Assembly: GCA_000175855.1 (NCBI GenBank) | Contig: ACYB01000042.1 | Location: forward strand, 240,368-272,367 | Direction of reading: 5' to 3' | Source of the DNA: Raphidiopsis brookii D9 | GTDB taxonomy: Bacteria > Cyanobacteriota > Cyanobacteriia > Cyanobacteriales > Nostocaceae | DNA: 32,000 bases | Shown here: positions 20,336-30,208 of the stretch, in pieces | Position numbering within the stretch: the first letter of the stretch is position 1 | How the letters are laid out: every line of letters starts with the position of its first letter | The notes under the pieces: model-generated | What the model was told of the DNA's origin: nothing | The model's input: only the letters and a program-made list of their open reading frames with translations | Databases searched by the model: none | Made by a program: the position numbers and the translations under genes

Positions 20336-23300
20336 ATGATTCCAGTTCGACTGATTCTAAAAAACTTTTTGAGTTACCGTGATGCAACTTTAGATTTTAC
20401 GGGATTGCACACGGCCTGCATTTGTGGTCCTAATGGAGCAGGTAAATCTTCTTTGTTGGAGTCTATAACTTGGGCAATCTGGGGTCAAAGTCGTGCCAAT
20501 ATTGAGGATGATGTTATCTATGCTGGAGCGCAAGAGGTTAGGGTTGATTTTACCTTCTACAACAATTTACAAAAATATCGGGTAATCCGTACTCGTGCCC
20601 GAGGTGCTACGGGTATGTTAGAATTTCAACTGGAAACTCCTGCTGGTTTTCGTCCTCTTACGGGTAAGGGGATCCGTGCTACCCAGGACCTGATTCTCCA
20701 ACATATTAAGTTGGATTATGAAACTTTTATTAATTCGGCTTACCTCCGTCAAGGACGCGCTGATGAATTTATGCTAAAAGGGCCTGCTCAACGTAAGGAG
20801 ATTTTGGCGGAGTTGTTAAAGCTTAATCAGTACGATTTGTTGGAGGAAAGAGCTAAGGATAATTCCAAGCAGTGTAAGGGAAGGGTGGAAGAGTTGGAAC
20901 GTTCTATCCACAACATTCAATTACAATTGACTGAGAGGGAAACAATTCAAACCCAAAGAGCAACTTTGGAAACTAGATTACATCATCTGCAACAACAACA
21001 GACTTCTGATTATCAACACTTGCAAGATCTACAGCTGGTTGAACGTCAACGTCACGATTGGGAAACTAAGTTGGGGGTAGTTCAACAACAGTGCCAAAAT
21101 CTCGTTCTAGAATGCGATCGCCTTTATCAAGATGGTTCAATTGTCAAGTCTCAATTGGAGGAGTTAGATTCTATTTTAGGTCAGTCTGAAGAAATTACAG
21201 CTGGTTATATTGGTTTTCAAGCTCTACAATCTCAGGAAGAGTCTTTTACTAGGAAATTTGAGCAACATAATCGTGCTATTAGTTCTAAACAAGCACGAGA
21301 ACAGGAACTTATGACACGAGTCCAAGCCATTCAACTACAAATACAACAAGAGTCAGTAGAATTAAGGTCCTCGGAAAAACAAGAGCAGGAATTACAAGGG
21401 TGCTTACATAAGTCTAAAGAAGTAGAAGCTGCCTTGATCAGTCTGTTTGCTGCTCGTGAACATCTTAACCAGATGGATCAGTTACAAATTCAGGTGACTC
21501 CCCTCCTCCAACAACGAGCAAGTTTACAAAGTCAGATAGACCGGGTTTATGCCACTTTGTCAGCTAAATTGGAGGGGTTGGAAAATACTCGACAACAACT
21601 ACAATCCAAAGATTCTGACTTCTCTCGGTTACAGGATTCTGCTACACAGCTGGATAAGCAAATTGAGGAGTTGGAAAAGAAACGCGTTTATCTGCAAAGG
21701 GTACATGAAAAGGGAAATGATCGTCGTCATGTAATTGAACGTTTGCAAACTCATCAAACTGAATACGAGAAATCTTTGGGTAAGCTGGAACAAAAGATAC
21801 AGCTACTTCAGGAGCCTAATGCTCTATGTCCCCTCTGTGAATGTCCTTTAGATAAGCATAATTGGAGTCGGGTTGTAGAAAAAACTCAGGGAGAATACAA
21901 GGATACTCAGGAACAATTTTGGCAAATACGGGAATTATTGGCAGTGTCTGACCAAGAAATTAAAGCATTAAGGTCGGAATATCAGACAATCTCCCGACAG
22001 GTGGCAGAATATGAGTCTTTAAGGCAAAAGAAAGGAGAATTGGGTGCTAAGCTACAAGCTATGATCGATAATCGAGAAAGGTTGAAGCAACTTGCTTTAG
22101 AAAAGCAAAGTTTACAGGCTCAATTACAAGGGGATTATGCTCCAGAACTACAACAGGAACTACAAGAGGTAGATCAGCATTTACAACAACTAAATTATCA
22201 GGAAGAAAATCACGCTTTAGCTAGAAGTGACATAGAGCGTTGGCGATGGGCAGAAATTAAACAAGCTCAGATTAAAGATGCTCAAAAGAAAATAGCTCAA
22301 ATAGCACAGATTAAGCCTAAACTAGTAGCCAAGATTGAGGAGTTACAAGCACAAGTGCTATGGGAACAGACTAATTCACCAATAGCTGAGGAAATTAGGG
22401 GATTAGCAGTGGATCTTGCTGCTATTGATTATAGTCATGAAGCACACCAGGAAATTCATAGAAAAGTTCAAGGGAGTCAACATTGGCAATTGAAACATCA
22501 GCAGTTGTTATCTGCTCAACAACAATATCCTTATCTGGAAAAAAGACTGGCAGATTTGAGTAGTGATTTGCAGCAAAGAGAGGCGCTAAAACAAAAATTT
22601 GCCATGGAAATAGGCGAAATACAGAAGCAATTAGCGTCTATGGTCAATCCAAGAGAGAAAATTGCTGATTTAGACCGAAAAATGGTAGCTCGTCGTCAAG
22701 AAATGGATGAAACTATTACTCATTTAGGCAGGTTGGAACAAAAAATAAATCAGTTAGAACTGCTCCAAAATCAGTATGAGCAAGAAAAGGAGCAATTAGC
22801 ACTTTGTAAGAAAAAACAGCGCGTTTATCAGGAATTGGCACAGGCCTTTGGTAAAAATGGTATCCAAGCACTAATGATTGAAAATGTGTTACCACAACTG
22901 GAAGCCCAGACCAATAAGTTACTTTCTCGGTTGAGTGGTAGTCAGTTACATGTACAGTTTATTACCCAGAAGTTGGGGAGTAAATCAACTAAGAAAAGCG
23001 CTAAGTTGGTGGACACTTTAGAAATTTTAATTGCTGACACAAGAGGTACAAGAGCTTATGAAACTTATTCAGGAGGGGAGGCGTTTAGAATTAACTTTGC
23101 CATTCGGTTAGCATTGGCTAAATTGCTGGCCCAGCGTGCTGGTGCTGCACTGCAGTTGTTAATTATAGATGAGGGATTTGGCACCCAAGATACGGAAGGA
23201 TGCGATCGCCTGATTGCTTCAATCAACGCAATAGCGACTGATTTTGCCTGTATTTTGACTGTGACCCATATTCCCCATCTCAAGGAAGCGTTTCAGGCGC

Positions 23301-23353
23301 GAATAGAAGTAAATAAGAACCAACTGGGTTCCCATTTATCGCTATTAATTTGA
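20336..23353 (+). CDS. sbcC: SMC-like exonuclease subunit SbcC
   Basis: Walker A CGPNGAGKSSLLESITWAIWG, Q-loop AYLRQGRADEFM, zinc hook CPLCECPLD flanked by long coiled coils, and C-terminal TYSGGEAFRINFAIRLALAKLLA/IIDEGFGTQD. MIPVRLILKNFLSYRD start at 20336 preferred over 20300. Confidence 0.93.
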   Translation: MIPVRLILKNFLSYRDATLDFTGLHTACICGPNGAGKSSLLESITWAIWGQSRANIEDDVIYAGAQEVRVDFTFYNNLQKYRVIRTRARGATGMLEFQLETPAGFRPLTGKGIRATQDLILQHIKLDYETFINSAYLRQGRADEFMLKGPAQRKEILAELLKLNQYDLLEERAKDNSKQCKGRVEELERSIHNIQLQLTERETIQTQRATLETRLHHLQQQQTSDYQHLQDLQLVERQRHDWETKLGVVQQQCQNLVLECDRLYQDGSIVKSQLEELDSILGQSEEITAGYIGFQALQSQEESFTRKFEQHNRAISSKQAREQELMTRVQAIQLQIQQESVELRSSEKQEQELQGCLHKSKEVEAALISLFAAREHLNQMDQLQIQVTPLLQQRASLQSQIDRVYATLSAKLEGLENTRQQLQSKDSDFSRLQDSATQLDKQIEELEKKRVYLQRVHEKGNDRRHVIERLQTHQTEYEKSLGKLEQKIQLLQEPNALCPLCECPLDKHNWSRVVEKTQGEYKDTQEQFWQIRELLAVSDQEIKALRSEYQTISRQVAEYESLRQKKGELGAKLQAMIDNRERLKQLALEKQSLQAQLQGDYAPELQQELQEVDQHLQQLNYQEENHALARSDIERWRWAEIKQAQIKDAQKKIAQIAQIKPKLVAKIEELQAQVLWEQTNSPIAEEIRGLAVDLAAIDYSHEAHQEIHRKVQGSQHWQLKHQQLLSAQQQYPYLEKRLADLSSDLQQREALKQKFAMEIGEIQKQLASMVNPREKIADLDRKMVARRQEMDETITHLGRLEQKINQLELLQNQYEQEKEQLALCKKKQRVYQELAQAFGKNGIQALMIENVLPQLEAQTNKLLSRLSGSQLHVQFITQKLGSKSTKKSAKLVDTLEILIADTRGTRAYETYSGGEAFRINFAIRLALAKLLAQRAGAALQLLIIDEGFGTQDTEGCDRLIASINAIATDFACILTVTHIPHLKEAFQARIEVNKNQLGSHLSLLI

Positions 23354-23808
23354 TTTTTCCGTATTGCCACTTTTAACCCAACCTTCTTGATTAGTATCTG
23401 GAATCCTAATTTTTCCCACTTACCATCCTGACTGGTTTCTAAAATAATCACTTTTTGATTACCAGCAACTCCACCAATGGCTTGACCCTCAAAAGCGGGC
23501 TTATCTCGCATAGTCAAACCTTGTGACCAAGTAACCACAGCAGTGTAGGATCCTGATGGTAAAGGAGTAGGTGATTCCCTTGGGAGGTCTGGTGTTGCGA
23601 TAGGTTTTGGTTTCACCTTAACCACCTTTTTCCGGGTAACCCTGGGTAAATTAGGTTTTGGATCGGGATTATCATTAGGAAACATGGGTTTTTGAGGAGT
23701 GATGGCAGTGCGATTGATAAAGTATATGGCTATTGTCATACCACTACCCAACAAAACGGCGATCGCTAACAAAAACCCAAGTACAAATTTAAGCAAACCA
23801 GAGAGCAT
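23345..23808 (-). CDS. Membrane-anchored protein with an SH3-like domain, C-terminus shifted by a one-base deletion in the T run at 23410-23414
   Basis: N-terminal TM segment, Pro-rich linker, then YTAVVTWSQGLTMRDKPAFEGQAIGGVAGNQKVIILETSQDGKWEK. Adding one A on the coding strand gives IRIPDTNQEGWVKSGNTEKSN*, including the expected SH3 GWV. Confidence 0.72.
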
Positions 23809-23850
23809 AATTATTCCTTACTTTATCAAGAAGATACATCCCATAACTTA

Positions 23851-25362
23851 CTATAATTGACGTTGTATACGTTCAGTTAAAGAACTATGCTTAGAAGCTA
23901 GACGGGCTCGACCAGAAGCTGCCCATTCTTGAAGTTGTTGAATTTGTTCCACAGCTGTTCTAGCTAGAGGAATGATTTGACTAGCAGCTTCTAAAATGTC
24001 ATCAGTGGTGAAATCACGGTTTTGACTGAACGCAATGTGCATAGCTTCAATTAAAGTCTGCTCAATTTCTGCTCCAGAAAAATCAGGAGTTTCGTAGGCC
24101 AATCTATCAATTTCATAACCCTTGACATTATGGGGACGTAACCTAGATAGGTGAACATGGAAAATAGCCTTTCTTTCCTCCTGGGTGGGTAAACCCACAA
24201 AGAAAATTTCATCAAATCGCCCCTTACGCAACATTTCCGGAGGTAGAGACTGAATATCATTAGCAGTAGAAACCACAAATACCGGAGAGGTCTTTTCTGC
24301 TAACCAAGTGATAAAAGTACCGAATACCCGACTAGTTGTTCCCCCATCACCCTTACTACCCAGACCAGAAAAAGCCTTATCAATTTCATCAATCCACAAT
24401 ATACAGGGAGCTAGAGCTTCAGCAACTTGAATCATTTGTCTCGTGCGGGATTCTGACTCACCAACTAAACCCCCAAATAAACGACCCACATCTAAGCGTA
24501 ACAGAGGTAAATGCCAATGGTGAGCGATCGCCTTAGCAGTTAGGGACTTACCAGTTCCCTGAATTCCCACCAACATTAAACCACGGGGGTGTGGCAATCC
24601 GTACTGTCGAGCCCGTTGTGTAAATGAGCCACCACGGCGAATTAACCAGTCCTTGAGATTATCTAATCCACCAATATCAGAGATTTGCTCGGTAGCAGGG
24701 TAGAAGTCAAGAATTTGGGTTTGGCGAATAGTTTGGCGTTTTTCTTCCAGAACCAGGTCCACATCTTCTGGCAAAAGCTCTCCATGGGATGCTAAAGCCC
24801 GTGACAGAACTCGGCGAATTCTTTCCATTGATAGACCCTGACAGGAACGGACCAAATCATCCACAAACTTACCAGACAGAGAGTTACCTGTGGCCTGTAA
24901 CAGTTTTTCCACTTCGGTTTTAATTTCCGGGACAGTGGGTAAAGGGAATTCCACCACAGTCATAACTTCCGTTAAATCATCGGGAATAAGAACACGTGGG
25001 GATAATAAAACAATGTTTTTCGGTTGAGATTTCAGGACTCGGGATAAATTACGAAGTTTGCGAGCAATAGCCACATCGTCTAAAAAGCGATGATAATCTC
25101 TTAAAATTATAACCGCACAGACAGAGGATGGTATTTTTTCAACAAATTCTAAAGCTTGCAGAGGATTGCGTTTACCAAAACCCTGATCATTAGGGTTTCC
25201 CTGATAACCATCAACAAAGTCCCAGGTATAGACCGGGCGATTTCCTTGATTTGTTGCTTCTTCCCTAATAGTAGCTTCCACCCTTTCTTCTTCCTGGGTA
25301 GGAATGTAAATTAGGGGATAGCGGGCACGGAGTAATAGTTTAAATTCTTCGCGGAAGTTCAT
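23851..25362 (-). CDS. AAA+ ATPase, Ycf46-like
   Basis: 503 aa with LLARYPLIYIPTQEEERVE N-terminus, Walker A GIQGTGKSLTAKAIA, Walker B CILWIDEIDKAF, and MLRKGRFDEIFFVGLP. Confidence 0.88.
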   Translation of the reverse strand: MNFREEFKLLLRARYPLIYIPTQEEERVEATIREEATNQGNRPVYTWDFVDGYQGNPNDQGFGKRNPLQALEFVEKIPSSVCAVIILRDYHRFLDDVAIARKLRNLSRVLKSQPKNIVLLSPRVLIPDDLTEVMTVVEFPLPTVPEIKTEVEKLLQATGNSLSGKFVDDLVRSCQGLSMERIRRVLSRALASHGELLPEDVDLVLEEKRQTIRQTQILDFYPATEQISDIGGLDNLKDWLIRRGGSFTQRARQYGLPHPRGLMLVGIQGTGKSLTAKAIAHHWHLPLLRLDVGRLFGGLVGESESRTRQMIQVAEALAPCILWIDEIDKAFSGLGSKGDGGTTSRVFGTFITWLAEKTSPVFVVSTANDIQSLPPEMLRKGRFDEIFFVGLPTQEERKAIFHVHLSRLRPHNVKGYEIDRLAYETPDFSGAEIEQTLIEAMHIAFSQNRDFTTDDILEAASQIIPLARTAVEQIQQLQEWAASGRARLASKHSSLTERIQRQL

Positions 25363-25432
25363 AGTGATATAATAGGGTTGTTATAATGAGATAGATAATT
25401 GCTATTTGTAAATTCGGCTGTAAACTTGTAGT

Positions 25433-26161
25433 ATGAGCAACACTAGTAATTTTCGTCAAGCTTTTCGTGAAGCACAAAACCACAGTCTTGTGGGTCCCAA
25501 CGTTATTGCCAAAGCTTTGCCCTATGTTGGTGGTGGTCTTGTTCTCACTGCTGTGGGCACCTATGGTGGTCTAGGTGTTATTAATTCCTACCCAGAATTA
25601 TTCTTTCCTAGTTTCTTGGGTGCGGTAGTAGTGGAACTGATTTTGTTCTTTGTGTCCCAAAATGTGGCCAAGAAGGGTCAAAATGCCATCGCTTTGCCAC
25701 TCCTGGCCATTTATAGTCTGTTGTCAGGATACACCCTCAGCGGCTTAGTATTCGTGGCTCTAGGTACCCAGGGAGTGGGTATTCAGGGGATTGGCATAGC
25801 AGCATTGGGATGTGGTATTACCTTCATTGTAGCCCGTCAAATCGGTAGTAATCTTTCAGAATCCGATGGCATGGCCCTGACTAAAACCATTTCTCTGGGA
25901 ATACTAGCCTTGCTTGTTGTATGCCTAACTCAATTTGTTTTTACCCTGTTTGGTGTTTATACACCCACCTGGTTAGAAATTGGGATTTCCGGCCTGGGAG
26001 TATTTCTCTTTGCTGGCGCATCAGTGGTGGATTTTTACATACTACCTCGCACCTACACCAATGAAGAATACTTGCCCGCAGCTTTGTCAATGTATCTAAC
26101 ATACATTAACCTTTTTGTGTTTATTTTGAGACTGTTAATTGCCCTCAATAGTCGGGACTAG
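25433..26161 (+). CDS. Bax inhibitor-1/YccA family multispanning membrane protein
   Basis: 242 aa, about seven hydrophobic segments, LSGYTLSGLVF and C-terminal YLTYINLFVFILRLL pattern. Confidence 0.8.
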   Translation: MSNTSNFRQAFREAQNHSLVGPNVIAKALPYVGGGLVLTAVGTYGGLGVINSYPELFFPSFLGAVVVELILFFVSQNVAKKGQNAIALPLLAIYSLLSGYTLSGLVFVALGTQGVGIQGIGIAALGCGITFIVARQIGSNLSESDGMALTKTISLGILALLVVCLTQFVFTLFGVYTPTWLEIGISGLGVFLFAGASVVDFYILPRTYTNEEYLPAALSMYLTYINLFVFILRLLIALNSRD

Positions 26162-26191
26162 TCTAATCAATTTTAATCAATTCTAATCAAT
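26162..26191 (+). repeat. Three tandem 10-bp units TCTAATCAAT/TTTAATCAAT/TCTAATCAAT
   Basis: Read directly from the sequence, immediately after the 25433 gene stop. Confidence 0.85.
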
Positions 26192-26195
26192 TAAA

Positions 26196-26219
26196 GTGGG
26201 AGCATTTAACTGCTCCCAC
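26196..26219 (+). terminator. Candidate intergenic hairpin/terminator
   Basis: Perfect 9-bp stem GTGGGAGCA/TGCTCCCAC with loop TTTAAC. Only a weak downstream T-rich stretch. Confidence 0.55.
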
Positions 26220-26250
26220 ATCACTCTTGTTCTTATGGATAGGATAAACT

Positions 26251-27370
26251 ATGGAAGTTCTAGAACTAAAACGGGAAATAGAAGTATTGTGTAATCGCCT
26301 GGGTAAAACCCAGGACTATCTTTGACGTACCCGCAGTCAAAGCCAAAATTCAAGACCTGGAACAGATATCAGCCCAACCAGAATTTTGGGATGACCAAAA
26401 CCAGGCACAACAAACACTTCAGGAGCTAAACGACCTCAAATCTCACTTAGATCAGTATTACCACTGGCAGGCTGACTTAGAAGATACTAAAGCAGTAGTG
26501 GAACTATTGGAACTAGAAGCAGATGAAGGACTCTTACAGGAAGCTGAAACTACCATTAACCAAATGCACCGTGATCTGGATCAGTGGGAGTTACAACAAC
26601 TACTTTCCGGACCCTACGATAGCCAGGGCGCAGTCCTAACAATCAATGCAGGTGCAGGAGGTACTGATGCCCAAGACTGGGCATTCATGTTAATGCGGAT
26701 GTACACCCGTTGGGCAGAAGCCCATGGCTATAAAGTGACACTAGCTGAAGAATCTGAAGGTGACGAAGCGGGGATAAAATCAGCTACCCTGGAAATTACA
26801 GGTCGTTATGCATACGGTTATCTACGCGCAGAAATGGGAACCCATCGGTTAGTGAGAATTTCTCCTTTTAATGCCAATGGTAAACGCCAAACTAGTTTTG
26901 CTGGAGTAGAAGTTATGCCACAAATAGATAACTCCGTCACCCTAGAAATACCAGAGAAAGATTTAGAAGTCACTACCTCCCGAGCGGGGGGTAAGGGTGG
27001 ACAAAACGTCAACAAGGTAGAAACAGCAGTGCGTATAGTTCATATTCCCACAGGAATAGCAGTGCGTTGTACAGAAGAGCGATCGCAATTACAAAATAAA
27101 GAAAAAGCTTTAGCTCGTCTCAAGGCTAAGCTTTTAGTTATTGCCAGGGAGCAACGTGCCCAAGAGATAGCTGAAATTCGTGGTGACATGGTAGAAGCAT
27201 CCTGGGGCAATCAAATACGTAACTACGTTTTTCATCCTTATCAAATAGTCAAAGACTTGCGTACAAACCTTGAAACAACGGCTATTATTGATGTAATGAA
27301 TGGTGATCTGGATAATTTTATCCAAGCATATCTGAGGCAAGAAAATCAATTGGTAACTAGTGGTGAGTAG
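26251..27370 (+). CDS. prfB: Peptide chain release factor 2, with programmed +1 frameshift at the in-frame TGA 26323-26325
   Basis: ATG at 26251 gives MEVLELKREIEVLCNRLGKTQDYL*; at CTT-TGA-C (26320-26326) a +1 shift continues DVPAVKAKIQDLEQISAQPEFWDDQ... into ORF 26498, with the GGQ motif SRAGGKGGQNVNKVETAV. Confidence 0.97.
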
Positions 27371-27950
27371 AAAATTGCCTTTTTTAGTGGTGTTAGTGGT
27401 GGGACTAATAATTTTATTGGCCCAAAATCTTGCTCCCACCTTACCCCTAATGTTCTTGGGAATGCGGAGTCGTCCCCTACCTCTAGCTTTGTGGATTTTA
27501 TTTAGCATTACTGCTGGTGGTTTAACATCTTTACTTATTAGCACTTTTATTGGCACCCTGTGGAAAATCACTGGGTACTCCACCACTGAGACTGGTTCAT
27601 CTGCTCCCCCAAGTGGATCAAAATCTAAATCTTTTGATAATTATAGTCAAGAGAATATACCCAGGGAAAAGAGCAGGGATGAATTTGATGATTGGCAAAT
27701 GAGTTCCCAGGAAGGTGATGACTGGGATTCGACTCAACCACCAAAATCACCAACCCAGCGGAATGCTTCTCCTTCCGACTCCGTTTATTCCTACAGTTCC
27801 CAGTCACCTAAAAATACTGGGGTGGGGAAAACTGAATCCATTTATGATGCGGACTATCGAGTCATTATTCCCCCCTATCAACCCCCAAGCACCAAGAAAA
27901 GTGATAATGATACTGATGATGATTGGGATTTTTTGACAGATGAGGAATAG
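27360..27950 (+). CDS. Hypothetical membrane protein (two hydrophobic N-terminal segments, acidic/Ser-Pro-rich tail)
   Basis: 196 aa, GTG start overlapping the prfB stop by 11 bp. Two hydrophobic helices then a low-complexity tail ending DDDWDFLTDEE. Confidence 0.65.
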   Translation: MVSRKLPFLVVLVVGLIILLAQNLAPTLPLMFLGMRSRPLPLALWILFSITAGGLTSLLISTFIGTLWKITGYSTTETGSSAPPSGSKSKSFDNYSQENIPREKSRDEFDDWQMSSQEGDDWDSTQPPKSPTQRNASPSDSVYSYSSQSPKNTGVGKTESIYDADYRVIIPPYQPPSTKKSDNDTDDDWDFLTDEE

Positions 27951-27953
27951 ATC

Positions 27954-28519
27954 ATGGATGCTTCAATCAAGCAATCATTAAAAGGAGTAAACCTATATTT
28001 AATTGGCATGATGGGAAGTGGTAAAACTACCATTGGTAGTTTACTAGCACAAGCAGTCAATTATAGTTTTATAGATACTGATGAAGTTATAGTCAAAGCT
28101 GCGGGTAAACCCATCAGCGACATTTTCACCACCGAGGGAGAAACAGCATTTCGTCAACTGGAGAGTAATGTTTTAGCTCAAGTCTGTGCCTACACTAAAT
28201 TAACCATTGCTACGGGTGGAGGCATTGTTCTGCGCCGAGAAAATTGGAGTTATCTCCATCATGGATTAATAATTTGGCTTGATGTATCAGTAGAAATACT
28301 ACTAGAGAGATTAAAAGAAGATCAAACAAGACCTCTTTTACAACACCCAGACCCCCAGAGTAAATTGCGATCGCTTTTAGATGAGCGTTATAGTTTATAC
28401 TCGCAAGCCGATTTACATATTGAGATTACCCAACAGGAACACCAGGACAAACTGTGACCAATATTCTGCAGGCAATTCCCGGAGTTTTAAAAACACCGGT
28501 GGAGAAATCCCAAAATTAA
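27954..28519 (+). CDS. aroK: Shikimate kinase, C-terminus truncated in the ORF track by an apparent one-base deletion at 28436-28437
   Basis: LIGMMGSGKTTIG Walker A, DTDEVI, TGGGIVLR, and TRPLL motifs. Adding one G restores ...IEITQQGTPGQTVTNILQAIPGVLKTPVEKSQN*. Confidence 0.9.
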
Positions 28520-28582
28520 CCCAGCCATCTATTATATTTAGTTTCATAGCAAATTCAGCATCAAACTTGGAATATTTACATA

Positions 28583-29473
28583 ATGGTTAACGATATTGAG
28601 TATATCAGGCAAGCAGAAGCTACCCGCGTTAAAATTCTCAGCGAAGCTCTACCATATATCCAACAATTTTCAGGTCGTACCGTAGTAGTTAAATATGGGG
28701 GTGCGGCAATGAAAGACAGTAATCTTAAAGACAAAGTTATTCGTGACATTGTATTTTTATCTTGTGTTGGTCTAAGACCAATTTTGGTTCATGGTGGTGG
28801 ACCTGAGATTAATAGCTGGTTAGATAAACTAGGGATCGAACCACAATTTAAAAATGGCCTGCGAGTAACGGATGCACCAACCATGGATGTAGTAGAAATG
28901 GTGCTGGTAGGTAGAGTCAATAAAGAAATAGTCTCTCTGATTAACCAATCTGGTGGTATGGGAGTGGGACTGTGTGGTAAAGATGGTAATTTGATTACTG
29001 CTCGTCCCCAGGGAGATGAAAGTATTGGTTTTGTTGGGGAAGTCAGCAGTATTAATATCAAGATTCTAGAAACCCTTTCTAAAAGTGGTTATATTCCAGT
29101 AGTTTCTAGCGTAGCAGCTGATGATAGCGGACAGGCTTATAACATTAACGCTGATACGGTAGCAGGAGAGATAGCAGCTGCTTTGGGGGCGGAAAAATTA
29201 ATTTTATTAACGGATACTAGGGGGATTTTAACAAACTACAAAGATCCATCTACTTTGATTCCTAAAGTAGATATTAGAGAAGCAAGAGAATTGATTAATG
29301 ATGGTATAGTGAGTGGGGGTATGATCCCCAAGGTTAACTGCTGTGTGCGCTCTCTTGCTCAGGGGGTAAAGGCCGCCCATATAATTGATGGTCGTATTCC
29401 CCATGCTCTCTTGTTAGAAATATTCACGGATGTAGGGATTGGAACTATGATTTTAGGATCTCAGTTTCAGTAA
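28583..29473 (+). CDS. argB: Acetylglutamate kinase
   Basis: 296 aa with [29 protein letters not shown] and RIPHALLLE motifs. Confidence 0.96.
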   Translation: MVNDIEYIRQAEATRVKILSEALPYIQQFSGRTVVVKYGGAAMKDSNLKDKVIRDIVFLSCVGLRPILVHGGGPEINSWLDKLGIEPQFKNGLRVTDAPTMDVVEMVLVGRVNKEIVSLINQSGGMGVGLCGKDGNLITARPQGDESIGFVGEVSSINIKILETLSKSGYIPVVSSVAADDSGQAYNINADTVAGEIAAALGAEKLILLTDTRGILTNYKDPSTLIPKVDIREARELINDGIVSGGMIPKVNCCVRSLAQGVKAAHIIDGRIPHALLLEIFTDVGIGTMILGSQFQ

Positions 29474-29561
29474 CTACCAATAGGGCTTGTATCCAAAAGT
29501 TTCTCGACGGAGCTAGAGGAGAAATTTAAGCCCTAGGAAACTATTAATGAACTAATCACCA

Positions 29562-30077
29562 ATGGGTACAGAAAACCTAGAAACTGCAAGAAATCTCTAC
29601 TCCCAGGGCAAAATTGCCTTTGAGAACGGAGAATATCAACAATCTGTAGATAATTTGGAAAAAGCTACCAGTCTACTGTTGCAAAATTCTCGCTTTGCTG
29701 GAGAAGTAAATATCTGGTTAGTTAACGCTTATGAAGCTACGGGAAGATCCCAAGAAGCGATCGCCCTTTGTCAACAGCTTTCCCATCATCCCCATTATGA
29801 AGTTAAATCCCAGGCTAAGCGCTTAGTCTACATATTAAAAGCTCCCAAACTCAAACGACCAAAAGAATGGATGACAGAGATACCTGATTTTGCTACAATT
29901 TCTGAGGGTCAAACCAAAACCCTAATTGCTCCGCAAAAATCGACTGCGCCCAAGAAGTCCCCGGATTCAGAATATGTGGATCTTAGTCAGGTAAACACAC
30001 AGGATAATCTTTTTATTTGGGTGGCTTTAATTATTGCTGCTTGTACTATTTCCTATTTAGTTTGGTTGAGTTTCTGA
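29562..30077 (+). CDS. Tetratricopeptide-repeat protein with a C-terminal TM segment
   Basis: TPR-like ARNLYSQGKIAFENGEYQQSVDNLEKA and VNAYEATGRSQEAIALCQQL, with a terminal hydrophobic helix. Confidence 0.75.
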   Translation: MGTENLETARNLYSQGKIAFENGEYQQSVDNLEKATSLLLQNSRFAGEVNIWLVNAYEATGRSQEAIALCQQLSHHPHYEVKSQAKRLVYILKAPKLKRPKEWMTEIPDFATISEGQTKTLIAPQKSTAPKKSPDSEYVDLSQVNTQDNLFIWVALIIAACTISYLVWLSF

Positions 30078-30208
30078 ATAAGGTTTAGACGTAGTTTACC
30101 TTTCCTAAAAGAAAAAATATATGGCCACATACAAAACCACAAGGTTGGTTTTTAAAAACAGGATCCATAGTAGAAGCTTAATAAAAGCTGGCAAAAAACT
30201 CCAAAAGG

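Noticed and set aside
28381-28590. ORF of 69 aa between aroK and argB
   Set aside because: It is not in the frame that restores the AroK C-terminus, and it overlaps argB slightly; frame restoration explains the region better.
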